A DNA stretch of 61,575 nucleotides, filler included, from Sphacelaria rigidula (lineage: Eukaryota), in the NCBI GenBank assembly GCA_964200075.2. It is 7 parts of 7 records of this genome, joined end to end, with 100 filler letters (N's around TTAATTAATTAA, not from the genome) between each part and the next. Parts side by side here need not be neighbours in the genome. Positions count along the whole stretch, not along the records: positions 17,623 to 26,333 come from CAXNAA020010303.1; positions 26,434 to 35,144 come from CAXNAA020010304.1; positions 35,245 to 43,955 come from CAXNAA020010305.1; 4 more parts are not named here. One strand, written 5' to 3'. The position numbers and the translations under genes were made by a program. Within the stretch, counting starts at the first letter, position 1; each line of letters opens with the position of its first letter. A model generated the notes under the pieces. The model did no database searches. It saw only the letters and a program-made list of their open reading frames with translations, and was not told where the DNA came from. This document shows, piece after piece, positions 24,443 through 36,754 of the stretch.

Positions 24443-26333
24443 CTCATGAGCTACCTGAACAACTAATCGAAGTGGATTCTAGACCCGTTGTGCGAGAACA
24501 CAAAATTCGTGACAGCGGGATCAGAGAAGGCAAGGCGCCACCTTCGCGCTAGTCCGCGTGCTGGGCGTCCAGCGCAGTAGAGACGAAATATGAGGAGAGC
24601 GGCCAAATGTGGTAGCTGATGAGCTGTACGACGTGTGAATAAATTGTTGTGTTTTAAAACAGTCGAAACCTGCAGGCCTTTCTTGTAGCAGGGCATCCAT
24701 AAGGAGAGGCGAATGGCTTACATCATTTCACCGTACACCTCCACATTTTATGGTGTAGCCTCGATTGCGTGGGGCATGCACAACCAGGGCACCGACAGGA
24801 GGTTCACATCATCTTGGGGCACACTGAGGCGTGGAATCACTCGAAGAGATCGACACCATGAAGTTTTGGCGGGGTGACTGAGACGGACAAAAAATATGAC
24901 TCAAGCGACACTTTAGATGCCAACTATTGGCTAAAATCTTTTCTTGCCAAACAAAACCATGCATACTCAACACCTCAATTTCCGGCAACGATATGTGCCC
25001 CGATACGACTCAACGAGGAGGAGGCCAGCCAAATACGCCCATCTTGAACTCATACAACACAGTACTTTCTTGTCGTTTTACTTCTTACTGCGTCCCTCGA
25101 TTTTTCTTTTGCATGATCGGCAAATGTGTTTTTTTTTTCACTACACCTCCGACCAGCTCGGGGACAAGGTTTTGTCTCTTCTGTTTCCTTGACATCCCTC
25201 TTCTTACTGTTTTTTGTTTTTTGTTTTTTGTTTTGGAGTCTCCGACGAAGCCTTTTAAACTTTTCTTTCTCGTGTAAGGCGTAGTAGTGACGGCAGTGGG
25301 GAGGCGAGCTCACGTCTGTGACCACGGCTTCGAGTGCCGACAGCAGTTATGAATAGCAGCAGCTTGGACCCCAATATGCCGTTTCAACCTCACTGCTGAC
25401 TGTAGGTTACGCAGAAATCTACGCGACATGATAGGTTGCACAGCATCAGTATTCAGTGCACTGTCTCGCACTTCGGCTGGTACTTGCTCGTACTAGAATC
25501 CCGTGTCAGCTAAGAAGACATTGCTTGTTCGAATCATGATCCAACGCGCACCGCACCCAAGCATGGGTAGTGACATCAGCCGAGTCATGCCCAGTTGCAG
25601 GCTGTTCCTTAATTCGAACGACTTTTCAACACTAATGCCCAATTCCAAAACCATGAACAGTTCCACCCATCCTCGAGATGGTGGGGCCCACAACCACGGA
25701 GAACACGCTGCACCCGGGGCGATTTTTGAAATTACCATTACAGCGCGTGAAACGCAGTGAACAGTACATATATTTTGGGAAGATTTGGGATATTCATATA
25801 TGTTTGCAGAATCTGCAGACCGAACATCCCCCCCCCCCCCCCACCAGATTGCAACACAGGTGCTTCGCCCTTCACGCATCAGCGTAAGTCAGATTGCTCC
25901 CCCGCTGCTACAAGTGAAAGGGCACCGCTGGACGCGAGGGAAATATGCACTCTGGCCCCCATTGTTGACTGTGCAAGGGCAACGTTTTGCGTGCACAATG
26001 TCACATGTCGCCGAAAAAAATGCAAAAAAAGGATATCAGATAGTGAGCTCTATTCAGTTCTGTGTGCTGGCATCTTGTCTGCCGCGCGGGGTATGCTGCT
26101 GCCACTGCGGCAGAAGCAGGAGCACCTTGGTTTTTTCAAACGTGCAACCCTCCCTTCCTTGCTTTGGACGAGTCCGCAGTCACGTGAGATGAACCCATCT
26201 CTCCCCCGATACCTGGTGCTCCGTCTCGAAAGGGATGCGCGGTCACTGGTCAAACGACTAAGGCAAGCATCGAATATGTACGCCCACCACCCCCCCCCCC
26301 CCCCCCCCCCCAGCGGCCAAACCTGCACCAGAT

Positions 26334-26433
26334 NNNNNNNNNNNNNNNNNNNNNNNNNNNNNNNNNNNNNNNNNNNNTTAATTAATTAANNNNNNNNNNN
26401 NNNNNNNNNNNNNNNNNNNNNNNNNNNNNNNNN
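26334..26433. other. Artificial contig-joining spacer
   Basis: N44-TTAATTAATTAA-N44. Confidence 0.99.
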
Positions 26434-27746
26434 AGGTACACAAGTGTGTTCATACTTCACCTGTAGGAGCTGGATCGCATAGAAACTGATCTGTCCGACG
26501 TGTGATTACATTGTAAAAAAAAGCCCGGTTCTGCGTTCAGATGCGAACACTAAGCTTGAGCCAGGTTCATACTATTATTGAACATGATTCAGGGGGGAAC
26601 TATCTTGAACAGTATCGAAATATCAATATTCTACGTCATCATTGAGATAATTCACCCTGGACAAATGAGTGACCAGAAGTGAAGAACAATAAAAGCCAAC
26701 GTCCAAACACTAAAAGTAGGGGCTAGCAGCAGGTTAGCGCGGGCGAACATGGGTCCTGATTGATGTGTAAATGTTGAGTTGCTGTGGCATTCCCCAGGGC
26801 TGGACGTAATGTTTTGGAAGTAACCGCGCAGAGCAAATGTGGTGCTTGCCTCAGTTCCGAGGTCTCGCGAAGCCACTAGTCTCAACGCACAGGCTGTAGT
26901 ATACGTTACGTTGCCGATGCGAATCCCCGCTGTGCTCTATAGTAGCTCTGATTCAAGAGCCCTACTGACGTACTCTCTTCTTGGTCACTCCATCTCCGAA
27001 AAAATACAAAATACAGCGCACCAATGAAAGTATTCGCCACGCACAAGAGTGCCAAGATTCTGTGATACTACCGGCGTACTCTGACCTCTCGTTACTTTGG
27101 ACTGCTCAAGAACGTGTTTGTATCGTATTATATAGTCCTTGCCCGGATATTGTTTACTCGCCCAGGAGGTATGACCTACAATCTGCATGGTGCTCGATCG
27201 AATATGACAGGACTGAAATATCTCACCACATCCTTCTCTTTTTGGAGCACTATACTCAAGAGATGTGCACCGCTACATGATCAGATTTACTTAACATAGC
27301 AATGGTGGCGTGTCACCCTACCTTTCTTTGGTGTCAGGAAACGGGGTGTGATCTCTGCATGATCGGAACGTGGTACGGAGGAAGGACCATTGACTTGTTG
27401 TGTCTTTTTCACCACTGAAGTGACTTCATTCAATGTCATAACAGCTCGCGACACCCCCTGCAGTGGTAAAGCACTTAATTTTGTACCCGTACTACGCACC
27501 CATCCGCGTCATTCTCGACGTTAATTATGACGCATACATCAGTGTTACCGGTTGCGCGTGGAGGATACCTGCGGTTGATGAGGCATTTCTGTCGAAAAAG
27601 ATGATATGTTCATCTGCTAGGCTTATCCGATGGATCACTAGCTGTTGAAGGGATCAAATCGCTAGGTGGGGCTCGTACATCAAGCAGCATCGACGAGCCT
27701 TCCCCACATGCGCTAAATTACGCCTTTCTGTTTGCCTCCCATACAG

Positions 27747-27885
27747 GTGGCGCGGCACCTGGAAGTGGGTATAGTTCTAGATTGGGGAGCCTTTCCTGGA
27801 TTCCGAGAGGCGTTCAATCCGTCCGAGATTCAATGGAATGTTGATGTCGAGACAATCTTCAGCTTCGCGGAAAACATTTCCGAAG
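27747..27885 (+). CDS. Fucosyltransferase-like (GT-B fold) gene, exon A
   Basis: cag|VARHLEVGIVLDWGAFPGFREAFNPSEIQWNVD...|gtgag; 139 nt, phase 0/1. Confidence 0.65.
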
Positions 27886-28140
27886 GTGAGACATTCCAGC
27901 GCACTACTGGGGCTGCGCCATACGCTCTCATGCGTATGGAAGTACTCTTCAGGAAATGTAGCACGGCCATACCGTTTCCCGACAACTTCGTTATAGCAGA
28001 CTCGTGACGTCCCAGTTGTTCAGTCATCTCGCCCACGTGTACACGCGGCTTATTATCGGCTACTTCCGCGCTACAGCCAGAGTGGCTCTTGTATGTTTTA
28101 GAAAGGGCAAGATTAGGGTTTAAACCTTTCGGGCCCCATC

Positions 28141-28410
28141 TCACTTACAACCAACCAGCAGAAAACAGGGAATCCTGAAAAGCAGAAACGGAACTTCCGA
28201 ATGGGAACGAACGGAGGTCGAAATTGTAGATGGTACTGGCAAGCGGTACCCGTCAAGCGGTACATTTCGCCCTCTCTGAAGGACGAATGGCGTGAATCAG
28301 AGGCAGGCGAGATATTTACCTGTGCATGTCTCGGGCTCGCCCAGGAATTTCGGTGTTTTGTCGTTGCGAGGTAGACCGAACTCGACCCGACATCACGGGA
28401 CCGCAACAGG
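28141..28410. repeat. Dispersed repeat, inverted diverged copy of 29331-29603
   Basis: gtcgttgcgaggtag.c.gaac.cgacccgacatcacgggacc matches the reverse complement of 29340-29380; similarity continues over ~270 bp. Confidence 0.75.
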
Positions 28411-28460
28411 TGTAATGCGTGAGAGGGCCGCGTGCTTAGAGGACCGCGCCGTGGTTCAAA
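28411..28460. mobile_element. Single terminus of the telomeric-repeat MITE family
   Basis: tgtaatgcgtgagagggccgcgtgcttagaggaccgc matches the TIR of 39828-40046. Confidence 0.7.
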
Positions 28461-29330
28461 ACATATATGGCGGCCGGTGCACTGTGCTGAGTTGATATGG
28501 GGTTTTAGTAGGTGCAACCCCCATACTAACTGGAGCGAAAAGCTCGCGAACGCTCGAAGCGCCTACTCCACATGACTGCCACGAGGCAGTTTAGCCAACC
28601 CTCTGGATAATCGGCACACGAACCCGCTTGCGGGGTAAGTGTTGCGCCAGGTTTTCTCCTTCCGTCAAGAAGCAAGAAACTGTCCCCGTAACGTGTTTAG
28701 GCAACTAATCAGCGCGTTTTCATCAATATCGCAACGTTATGGGTTAAATTTGAACGTCCTGTGATGGTCTGTAAACCAGTACCTGTCACTGATATAACTA
28801 TTGTGTGTTCTGATATTTGAGCAACTTTATGGAAAAGACTTTCGCATCACAAGTGTGATGACGGGAGACCAGAAATCATGGCATTGTTGACCACCAAGAT
28901 AGTCCTTCTCTCATATTCTAGCATTAGTTTGAGTTAAAAATGCCCTCGATATCTAATTCCCCCCCTGATCCATACAGACAGTGCTGTCGTAGATCTCAAC
29001 AACAGCGGGCACATGCTGTTCGTTCTGCGTGCATAGCACATTTCTGCTACTGCTACTGCTGCTGCTGCTGCTGTTGCAGTGTGGGCGGTTAGGTGCTTTT
29101 GTTGGTAGTGCACTGCAACAAACAAGTCGTGATCAATTCATCTTCCATGGTTGGATCGCGAACCAATCAATCGATCCACACACCGCGAGCTAAACAGCTG
29201 CTGCTGCTTAGTGCTCATGATATTCAAATATCCACTATAGAGGACAAGATATAAGTTTCATCACCGCGTACATTTATGACGGGCGTGGCGCGGTTTGTTG
29301 TACTTCGGTCCCTCACACACTCATCTTTGT

Positions 29331-29603
29331 GCCTGTCCCGGTCCCGTGATGTCGGGTCGTGTTCAGCCTACCTCGCAACGACACAACAATCGAATTTCGG
29401 GGCGTGTCCAGCACATGCATAGATGTGCGAATATCTTGCCTGCCTCCGACCTCAGCCATTCTACGTTCAGGGGGGCGAAGGGTACTTCATGGCGGGATTC
29501 GTTTTCCAATATAATCTACAATTTCGATCTCCTTTCCTTCCCATGAGGGAATCTCGTTGCCGTTTTTCAAAATCCCCTGTTGTCTGCTGGTGGATCGTAA
29601 GTG
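29331..29603. repeat. Dispersed repeat, inverted diverged copy of 28141-28410
   Basis: Reverse-complement similarity to 28141-28410. Confidence 0.75.
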
Positions 29604-29742
29604 CAGATAACGACAATCAAAATTAACCTCGCGCGCTCACAAGTCTTGAAAGAGGGCAGCCAATATGCATACCTCACCGGTCACGGCCATAGCTGCAGCA
29701 GTATACAGTACACTGATAACACAGCGCGGCGCAGTGTAGGAT

Positions 29743-29908
29743 CTGTAATGCATGAGGGGACCGCGCATCGTTGTTCGAAACATCTAAGGATCGACGTTTT
29801 TCAAAACCAATCGGACCCCTCACCCTAACCCCAACCCTAACCCTGACCATAGGGATGTTCAAATTCCGATGCGGTCCTCTAGGCACGCGGTCCTCTCACG
29901 CATGACAG
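29743..29908 (-). mobile_element. MITE with internal degenerate (CCCTAA)n, inverted copy of 39828-40046
   Basis: Ends ctgtaatgcatgagg and cctctcacgcatgacag; internal accctaaccccaaccctaaccctga; shared gatcgacgtttttcaaaaccaatcgg core. Confidence 0.82.
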
Positions 29909-30124
29909 ATTGCACCGCACGGTAGGGTCATAGTATGCCCATCTGCATCGGAGTGTGCCACCGACAGTGTACGAAGTTTATACAGCCAGTAATCTAGCCG
30001 TCAGTTTCTGTGTGGGTTTTTTTTACTCTGTAGCAAATTAGCGGCACAATAGGTACCGGTTCAAAAGGGGTCCCAACCTCAACAAAAACCCTGAGTTCAA
30101 GTACCTTTTTATGTGGATCCTTGA

Positions 30125-30580
30125 TGTCAGATATCTTGTTAGGTTTAGCCAAGTAAGCTCGTAGGATACGACAGTGTGCTACCATTGCTTGTGTATTTAC
30201 GTAGGTTGAGGAAGAATCTAGTCTGTGAGCTGGCGAACCAACACGTCATTGTCATGGATGCGTTTTAGCCTACGCATGTATATATAGAGGTCTTTGTTTT
30301 TTGTTCCAAGATTGAGATACTTGTTATCGGTGGTCTTCACCGTCCTTTGCAATGACTCTCCTTCTTCACCTTCAGTTATCTGATTTGAGAAGAGACTGTG
30401 CGCCCTGTTTTGTCTTGGCCGGATGAGGAGCCCAATCAACCATCTGCCTTAATATTGATTCTTCGAGCTGCAGAAGCAGTGGTCTAACAACCACGGTGCA
30501 ACCTCTGCTATACAACTGCTCGGTGGACGGTAGTCCGCCTGTCGTGAGGACAACGCTACAGAACACGAGTTATTCCAACA
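30125..30580 (-). mobile_element. Solo-LTR-like element (TG...CA), homologous to 54685-55113
   Basis: Minus strand starts TGTTGGAA and ends caagatatctgaca; shares gcagaggttgca...accact..gcttctgcagc with the contig 7 copy; no matching TSD. Confidence 0.55.
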
Positions 30581-31723
30581 GACAGACGTGTCTCCACGCT
30601 CAAAGTCAGGGCAGCCACAACGTGTCTTGGGTGATGGTAGCAAACGTACTGTAGGCCCTATGGATTTATAAGGGGAGTAGACTACTCGATGAAGATACGG
30701 ATCGGGTACTGGTAAATAGAATGGTGACATTTTGGAGCGTTTTTGCGAGCTGAGTTAACATTTTGTCGGTGGAGAAATTACACTGTCCCGAAATGACCTA
30801 TATCTGAGGTAACGCATGTCATAGATTGTATGTGCTCAGGAGTGTGCCCCGCTTCTTTTTTACGCGTCTTTCATGTGGCTTATTTCTCCGGGGACCCTAC
30901 AAATCCACTGAGTCTAATGGATCTGTTCTGAGTGTGTATATTTGTGCTTATTTTGTCTCTTCATACCTGCTTACGTCGCACTACATTTCCTAGATAAAGT
31001 GACACTCATGCACTGAGCAACCATTCAAGTTTCGCCTCAGAGGACCCATAGCGTCTAAACGCTACTACGTACACTTCTTGTTCCGCAGTCGCTCTCGTAA
31101 TAGTTAATTATTGCATGGGGGGGGGGGGGGGGTTTCCCCCCCTGCCCGTTTTCCTTTTTTAAGAAAAAAAAATCCTGTGATCCGTGGGGGGGTGTGTGTT
31201 CCCCCCCNNNNNNNNNNCCCCTCCCGTTTTCTCTTTTTTTGTCTCTTGTCCTTTGTTTTGTTTTTGGTGGGGGGGGGGGGGGGGGGGGGGGGGGTTTCCC
31301 CCACTGCACGCTTTCCTGTATGAACGAAAGAAAATCCTATGATCGCTGGGGGCTTGATCGTTCCGCCCTCCGCTGATTTGATTGGTGTAGCACCACCGGG
31401 AAAAAAGGCAACTTCCACACCACATACCGTATACGTAGTACAAACACGGGGTGGGGCCCAAAAGGGTTCAACTGGCCCTTACCTCATACTCGTCGCTACA
31501 AATTACCGTCACATTGCCCTGCGGCATCATACCCATCTCTATTAGCAATCAATAGTCCGTGTGACCTTTTGACCCCATTCACCGACGCACATTTTTCCTG
31601 TACCTGGTACCCTCAGTATATATGAACCAAACCTTCGCTGACATTGCTTCGAATGCCAAAAATGTATTCCCGATACGATGTCATGTCTCCACCCTTCCGC
31701 CTTCACGTTCTTCGAAACATCAG

Positions 31724-31991
31724 GGGCAGCACCAAACGTACATGGTTTGAGACCCGTGCGTTTGAACAATGACCTGTTACTTCTGGCGGACAAACACTAT
31801 TCGTGGATCGCGAGAATATTGGGCTTTGACTTCGACTCGTCGAGGACGACAACGATAGAACTGCAGGATGCAATCGAGGCGAAATTCAAGGGTCCGGGTA
31901 TTCGACATCTACTCAACAAGCTAGCGATTTCAGGGAAACATGGCCTGCCTCGCCGGCAACCTTGCGCGTGGAACATGCTTCTTCGACGCAG
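31724..31991 (+). CDS. Fucosyltransferase-like gene, exon B
   Basis: cag|...QPCAWNMLLRR|gtaag; 268 nt, phase 1/2, compatible with flanking exons. Confidence 0.72.
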
Positions 31992-32398
31992 GTAAGGCGT
32001 ACTTTGACCCACAGGTTTATCTCATTTCTCGTAAAGAGGCAACAGCGGATCTGAGATTTTGCATTGATCGTGGCCAACAGATGCCTCTCAAAAATGCATC
32101 AACGTGTTTTAGTACACTTAGACAAGCTTGCTATCATGATAACCTCGGACGACTTCTTGTTGACAACTTCTGACTGTCGTGCATTTACTACTGTGTCATC
32201 TCGTTCCTTGATGATCCGCGGGTAGTTTCATCCGCTCTTAACCCAGTTGCGTGTACGTTAGGCCAGTAATATCCAAACACACAGATAAGATTGCGGTTAA
32301 AATGCATGAACTTCCGATTCTGGCAGGCACGGGTTGGGTAGAACAAGAGAATCTTGTTTCTGGTTGATTAATTATTCACCAACACTTGACCTTTGCAG

Positions 32399-32644
32399 TC
32401 CCTCGATGAGAGCCTCTCTGGGGAAGTACAATCCATTTCCATCCGGAATTCCTGACGTTTACGCGGCGTGGCACATTCGGACGCCGGACGGAGACACAGA
32501 GCTCTCCTTCATCCCCGCCGTTCATAAGTACGTCGTGACGGAGCCGTCCTCTGTGGTCTGCCCATCGTACTTGACGGCATTGGCAACCGTTCAGACAAAG
32601 TGCGGGCTAGAACCGTATACTCCGGTGTACGTTGCGTCCAACAG
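32399..32644 (+). CDS. Fucosyltransferase-like gene, exon C (donor-binding motifs)
   Basis: YAAWHIRTPDG (HxRxGD-type motif I) and PVYVASNS (motif II-like); cag/gtgagt boundaries, 246 nt, phase 2/2. Confidence 0.78.
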
Positions 32645-32821
32645 GTGAGTCGTACAGCAACGAGGTACTTTGGTTCAATTGTTGAAAAGCAAGCGAATTA
32701 TGTAATACACATAATGCATAAGCCGAGTTATCTTGAAATCGACAGGGGAAGCTTGATTACACGAAAAGCAGGAATTCACGGGCGTCTCACGCAATCGCGT
32801 AGTCATCCGTGATGAACGCGT

Positions 32822-33116
32822 ATTTTTTGCCGCACTTTGAACCCCGTCCCTTCGTGAGGACGAGTCCGTGGTCTCAAGGGATTAACCTATCTCTCCTCCG
32901 GTACACGCCTTACATCTTGGTCTCGCGGATTGGGTCAGCACTCTCGCACCGCGTCAACTCACGTCGAACAAACTCAGTCGAATACTTGATTGACTCACGT
33001 TCTGCCGTTTTCCACGGTGGAAATCAGATATTACGAAGAAGAAACTCAACGCATCGGAAACCGAATCGTTGTTCTCTCCACCCTAGTGACGACAGTCTGA
33101 TCATGACACCACCGGT
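32822..33116 (-). mobile_element. tRNA-derived SINE, near full-length degenerate copy (intronic)
   Basis: Colinear with 35840-36140; degenerate A/B boxes at the minus-strand 5' end and A-rich 3' end. Confidence 0.8.
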
Positions 33117-34741
33117 GTGTATGCGGGCGAACATACCGAGCGAGGCAAATACGTGCGCATTGTATTGATACTGCGAGCATTCAAGTGGAAGTGTAATGTG
33201 ACGTCTCTAGGTCCTCTACCAAGCAGGCGCGCTCCCCAGGCGTTGTCCCTGGGAACCAACGAACGTAGTCTTGTTTATCCATGCATGCACCTACCTTGAA
33301 ACAACGACTTGCTCGTTTTACAGCTCACCTCATCACTTGTGAAATGTAAGATCAAATTATTGCACTCTCATCAAACAAACCCATCACTCTCTGACATGTA
33401 TGGTTTGATGAGGACTGTGGCATCCCAAGGCTGTCACTGGAGTTGAGCCCCAAATCCTGGTGAAATGGCTCCACTAGTTTCAATTCTACGGCTTTGCTTT
33501 CTGACAAGGGAGCACAACAGTGTCCAAGGGGGGCGATTGTGGACAACGCACACTACATGAAACACACATTTGTCATTATTCAAATAATTAAAGAATATGA
33601 ATCTTCGAGATACGACAGTCTTCGACGATTCAGTCAGCTGTCACACCTCCGAACAACTACCGATTTTCATCCAGCAACAGCTCTCGCTCGTCGATATTCA
33701 ACCGAACTCGATAATCGCTCATTAGCATAACCCACGTCAACTGCAGCGATCACAACGCATGACTCCGGAACGCTGCAAGTGAAACCAGCTGTTTTCGTCT
33801 TCGGTTTTACGTACAAATAGTCACCTCAAAACCTTGTCTCCTACCCGCCAGTCGTATCTTTTCTGAACTTGGAGAATTACGGGGCAAGTAGATACTCCTT
33901 GTTTGTATCTCGTCACAGACCTTACTCGGTACGTCAACGCTCCGAAGTGGCTCCTTCTTTCCCAAAATGGCCCGAGACACGACCCCCTACTTCAATCGCA
34001 GTAACATTATCTAAAACGCCTGATGAAAAGGGCTTGTAGCTTCACTAGCAGTCCTAGTTCAACCATTTACTTAGTAAGCTTCGCACTCCTGGAACGCACT
34101 CCTGAAATTTCATTTATCGACGCTTCCTGCTATGTGCTGATACGTAGGTGTAGGTATACGCGGCCCAGGTCGTGGCTTCTTTTTTGTTCAGTTGAATGTT
34201 GATCCCCCCGAAACGGCACATTCACCTCCTCGGCATTTACCTCGCACTTCGAGTTTGAGGCTGGAGTCGCGCTGCCTGACGCCAGATCGCCTTACACACG
34301 GTAGAGCAACACTCCGCAGCGTTTGGTTCGCTTGATTTCAAGTAGTGAGGGACACAAGATCCTCTCGAAAGGTTGACACACATGTACATCGCTTTTGTCT
34401 TGGCAGCGGTGATGCCACAAATCCTCATATCCTCCCTGGGAAACATGCTAACAAAGTCCCCCCTTCATTACGATCGAACTTCATTACAGATCCCCGAACT
34501 CATTACAGATCGAACTCGTTTTCCACTGATCCAATGACCCACTTGCTGCCGCATCAATCAGCCGTTTACCCCCTGTTTTGTAGAGCCAACTGTGTACAGT
34601 ATCATATGCCCGAGATTACAGAAAACTCGCCACTCTACATACCTTTCCCCTGCTTACCGTAAAGAATACCCGTACGCTATCGTATTGTTCGACGCACAAC
34701 GTTGCATGACTGGATGGACTGCTCTGTGCGGCGATCAACAG

Positions 34742-34862
34742 TGTTTCTATGGAAGTCAACTGCAGCGCAGATGCCAGCAGAGATGGTCGAGAGGCGGTGT
34801 ATGTAAATACTGGTTTGAAAGCGGGGGATGTCCACACCGCACACACGACCCACCCAGAGCAG
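34742..34862 (+). CDS. Fucosyltransferase-like gene, exon D
   Basis: aacag|T GTT...GDVHTAHTTHPEQ|gtacgt; 121 nt, phase 2/0; gene appears to continue beyond the contig. Confidence 0.65.
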
Positions 34863-35144
34863 GTACGTGCGTGTAGGGAGTGCTTCAGGTCTGGAATAAA
34901 AAGACACCTACCAGTAGTGTCAATGATGTTGAGTTTGACCAGTTTTAACACTATATTCGTGAGATTCAGAACGTAGTTTCAGATTCAGAGTGGATCCTCT
35001 AGCGTTCCTAACAGGCAACTTTTTTTTTTTGCTTGAGCACACGTCCTGTGCATGCAGCTACCGTACAGTACCCCATTCGAGGAATTCGGCGGTCTGCTTG
35101 GTGAGATACCGCACAAAGCATTTTTACGCCTGGGGAGGCATTTC

Positions 35145-35244
35145 NNNNNNNNNNNNNNNNNNNNNNNNNNNNNNNNNNNNNNNNNNNNTTAATTAATTAA
35201 NNNNNNNNNNNNNNNNNNNNNNNNNNNNNNNNNNNNNNNNNNNN
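35145..35244. other. Artificial contig-joining spacer
   Basis: N44-TTAATTAATTAA-N44. Confidence 0.99.
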
Positions 35245-35839
35245 TGGGTCCCAAGATATAGAGTTTTTCCCGCCAGGTGCCTTAAGCGTATCTTAATTGG
35301 TACATTTCCCTCTACTGAGCTAGTCATTATTTTACGGCGAATGGTCCATCTCTTCGGTTACTACTGCACTCCTTGCTACTTCGTTGCTTCTCAGCTCAAC
35401 CGTAACTAGTTTTGCGGCAAAACTCACGTATTCGAAACATATATTTCTCAACTTCCAACAAAAAGAACAAATGGCTCATGAACGGAATCGCTATCTAATA
35501 CATCTAGAGTGTCATTTACAGCGTGAGAAAACACGCTGAACAAAGGTTGGTGGAGTTCTGGGACCGTTCCGCCCACAGCTTGTCCAAAAGATGAAACTCT
35601 ACGTGTTTTTCCTGGGCATACCGTATGCTGAGATTCCCCATCCTGTGTTTCTAGTACTGTACCTATGCTAGCCACCTTTTTTGTTTTTTGGGGAGGGAAC
35701 CTAACACAATGCATACCCCGCAAGCGGGTTTGTGTGCCGGTGAACTAAAGTCTCGGCTGGTCTGTCTCGGCAGTTATCTGGGGGAAGCGCCTCGTGAGTT
35801 CGCAAGCTTTGCTCAACGCAGTGTGGGGGTTGCGCCCGC

Positions 35840-36140
35840 TTTTTGTTTTTCCGCACTTTGAACCCCGCCCCTTCGTTAGGACGAGTCCGTGGTGTCGAAG
35901 GATCATCCCATCTCTCCCCCGGTACACGCCTTGCTTTTAGGTCTCGCGGATTGGGTCCGCCCTTCCGCACCGCGTCAGTTCACGTCAAACAAACTCAGTC
36001 GACTACTGTTTTTACTCACGTTCTCACGCTTTCCACGGTGGAAATCAGATATTACGAAGGAAAGACCCGATATATCGGGGGTCGAACCCTCGTTCTCCCC
36101 ATCCCAATGACGATAGTCGGACCATTACACCACCGAGGCA
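35840..36140 (-). mobile_element. tRNA-derived SINE, full-length copy
   Basis: Minus strand has A-box TGGTGTAATGG, B-box GGTTCGACCCC, a body shared with three other contigs and an A-rich tail. Confidence 0.85.
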
Positions 36141-36223
36141 CGGCAAACACTAACACTCCCTATCAACGTGGCGCAGTGCACACGGCGCCATGCTCATATG
36201 AGCTTCGGCCCTAGCGCTAGATG

Positions 36224-36465
36224 CTAGCCGTCTTTCTCATCCAGCCACCACACACCGCAGTCCTTCATCATTTGCTCCCTGATATCCTTGGGGAAGCAGT
36301 GCGCAATAGTCACTGCCGTGTTATTCACGATGGGATTCATATTACATTCACAGCTGCGAGGGTACTGACTATCAGGCAAATATGTTACCGTGAAGTTTCC
36401 TGGGAGATTTTCGATGATAGCATATCCCGGTTGCGTGCTCGTCCCCCGTCGCATGTCGCTAACGC
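36224..36465 (-). CDS. Nucleotide-diphospho-sugar transferase (GT77-like), last exon
   Basis: cgcag|GC... YLPDSQYPRSC...TIAHC...MMKDCGVWWLDEKDG*; phase 1 start, 242 nt including stop. Confidence 0.85.
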
Positions 36466-36754
36466 CTGCGTCGTGGGACGGTATAGAAGGGCGTGGGGGG
36501 TAGTATTCGAAAACATTAATGCGTAAAAACGGACGAAACTCTTGTTTCCTGCCCCTCTGGATAATCATCAGTGGTCTCGCCGCACATTCAGGTCTTCTTG
36601 CGCTGCCGTTGTACAATGCTACCAAAAGGAGGGCTTTTCGTATCAGGTAGTACCGGGGATTACGAATTTGGCACTCTTGCGGGAATCGTCCAGTCCTCCT
36701 ACAACTCAAATGATCGTGTTGCCATAACCTCGGTCCCATCTCTTAACGACTCAC

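Noticed and set aside
31115..31355. Local duplication flanking the short N gap
   Set aside because: Same poly-G-associated low-quality duplicate pattern; most likely an assembly artefact
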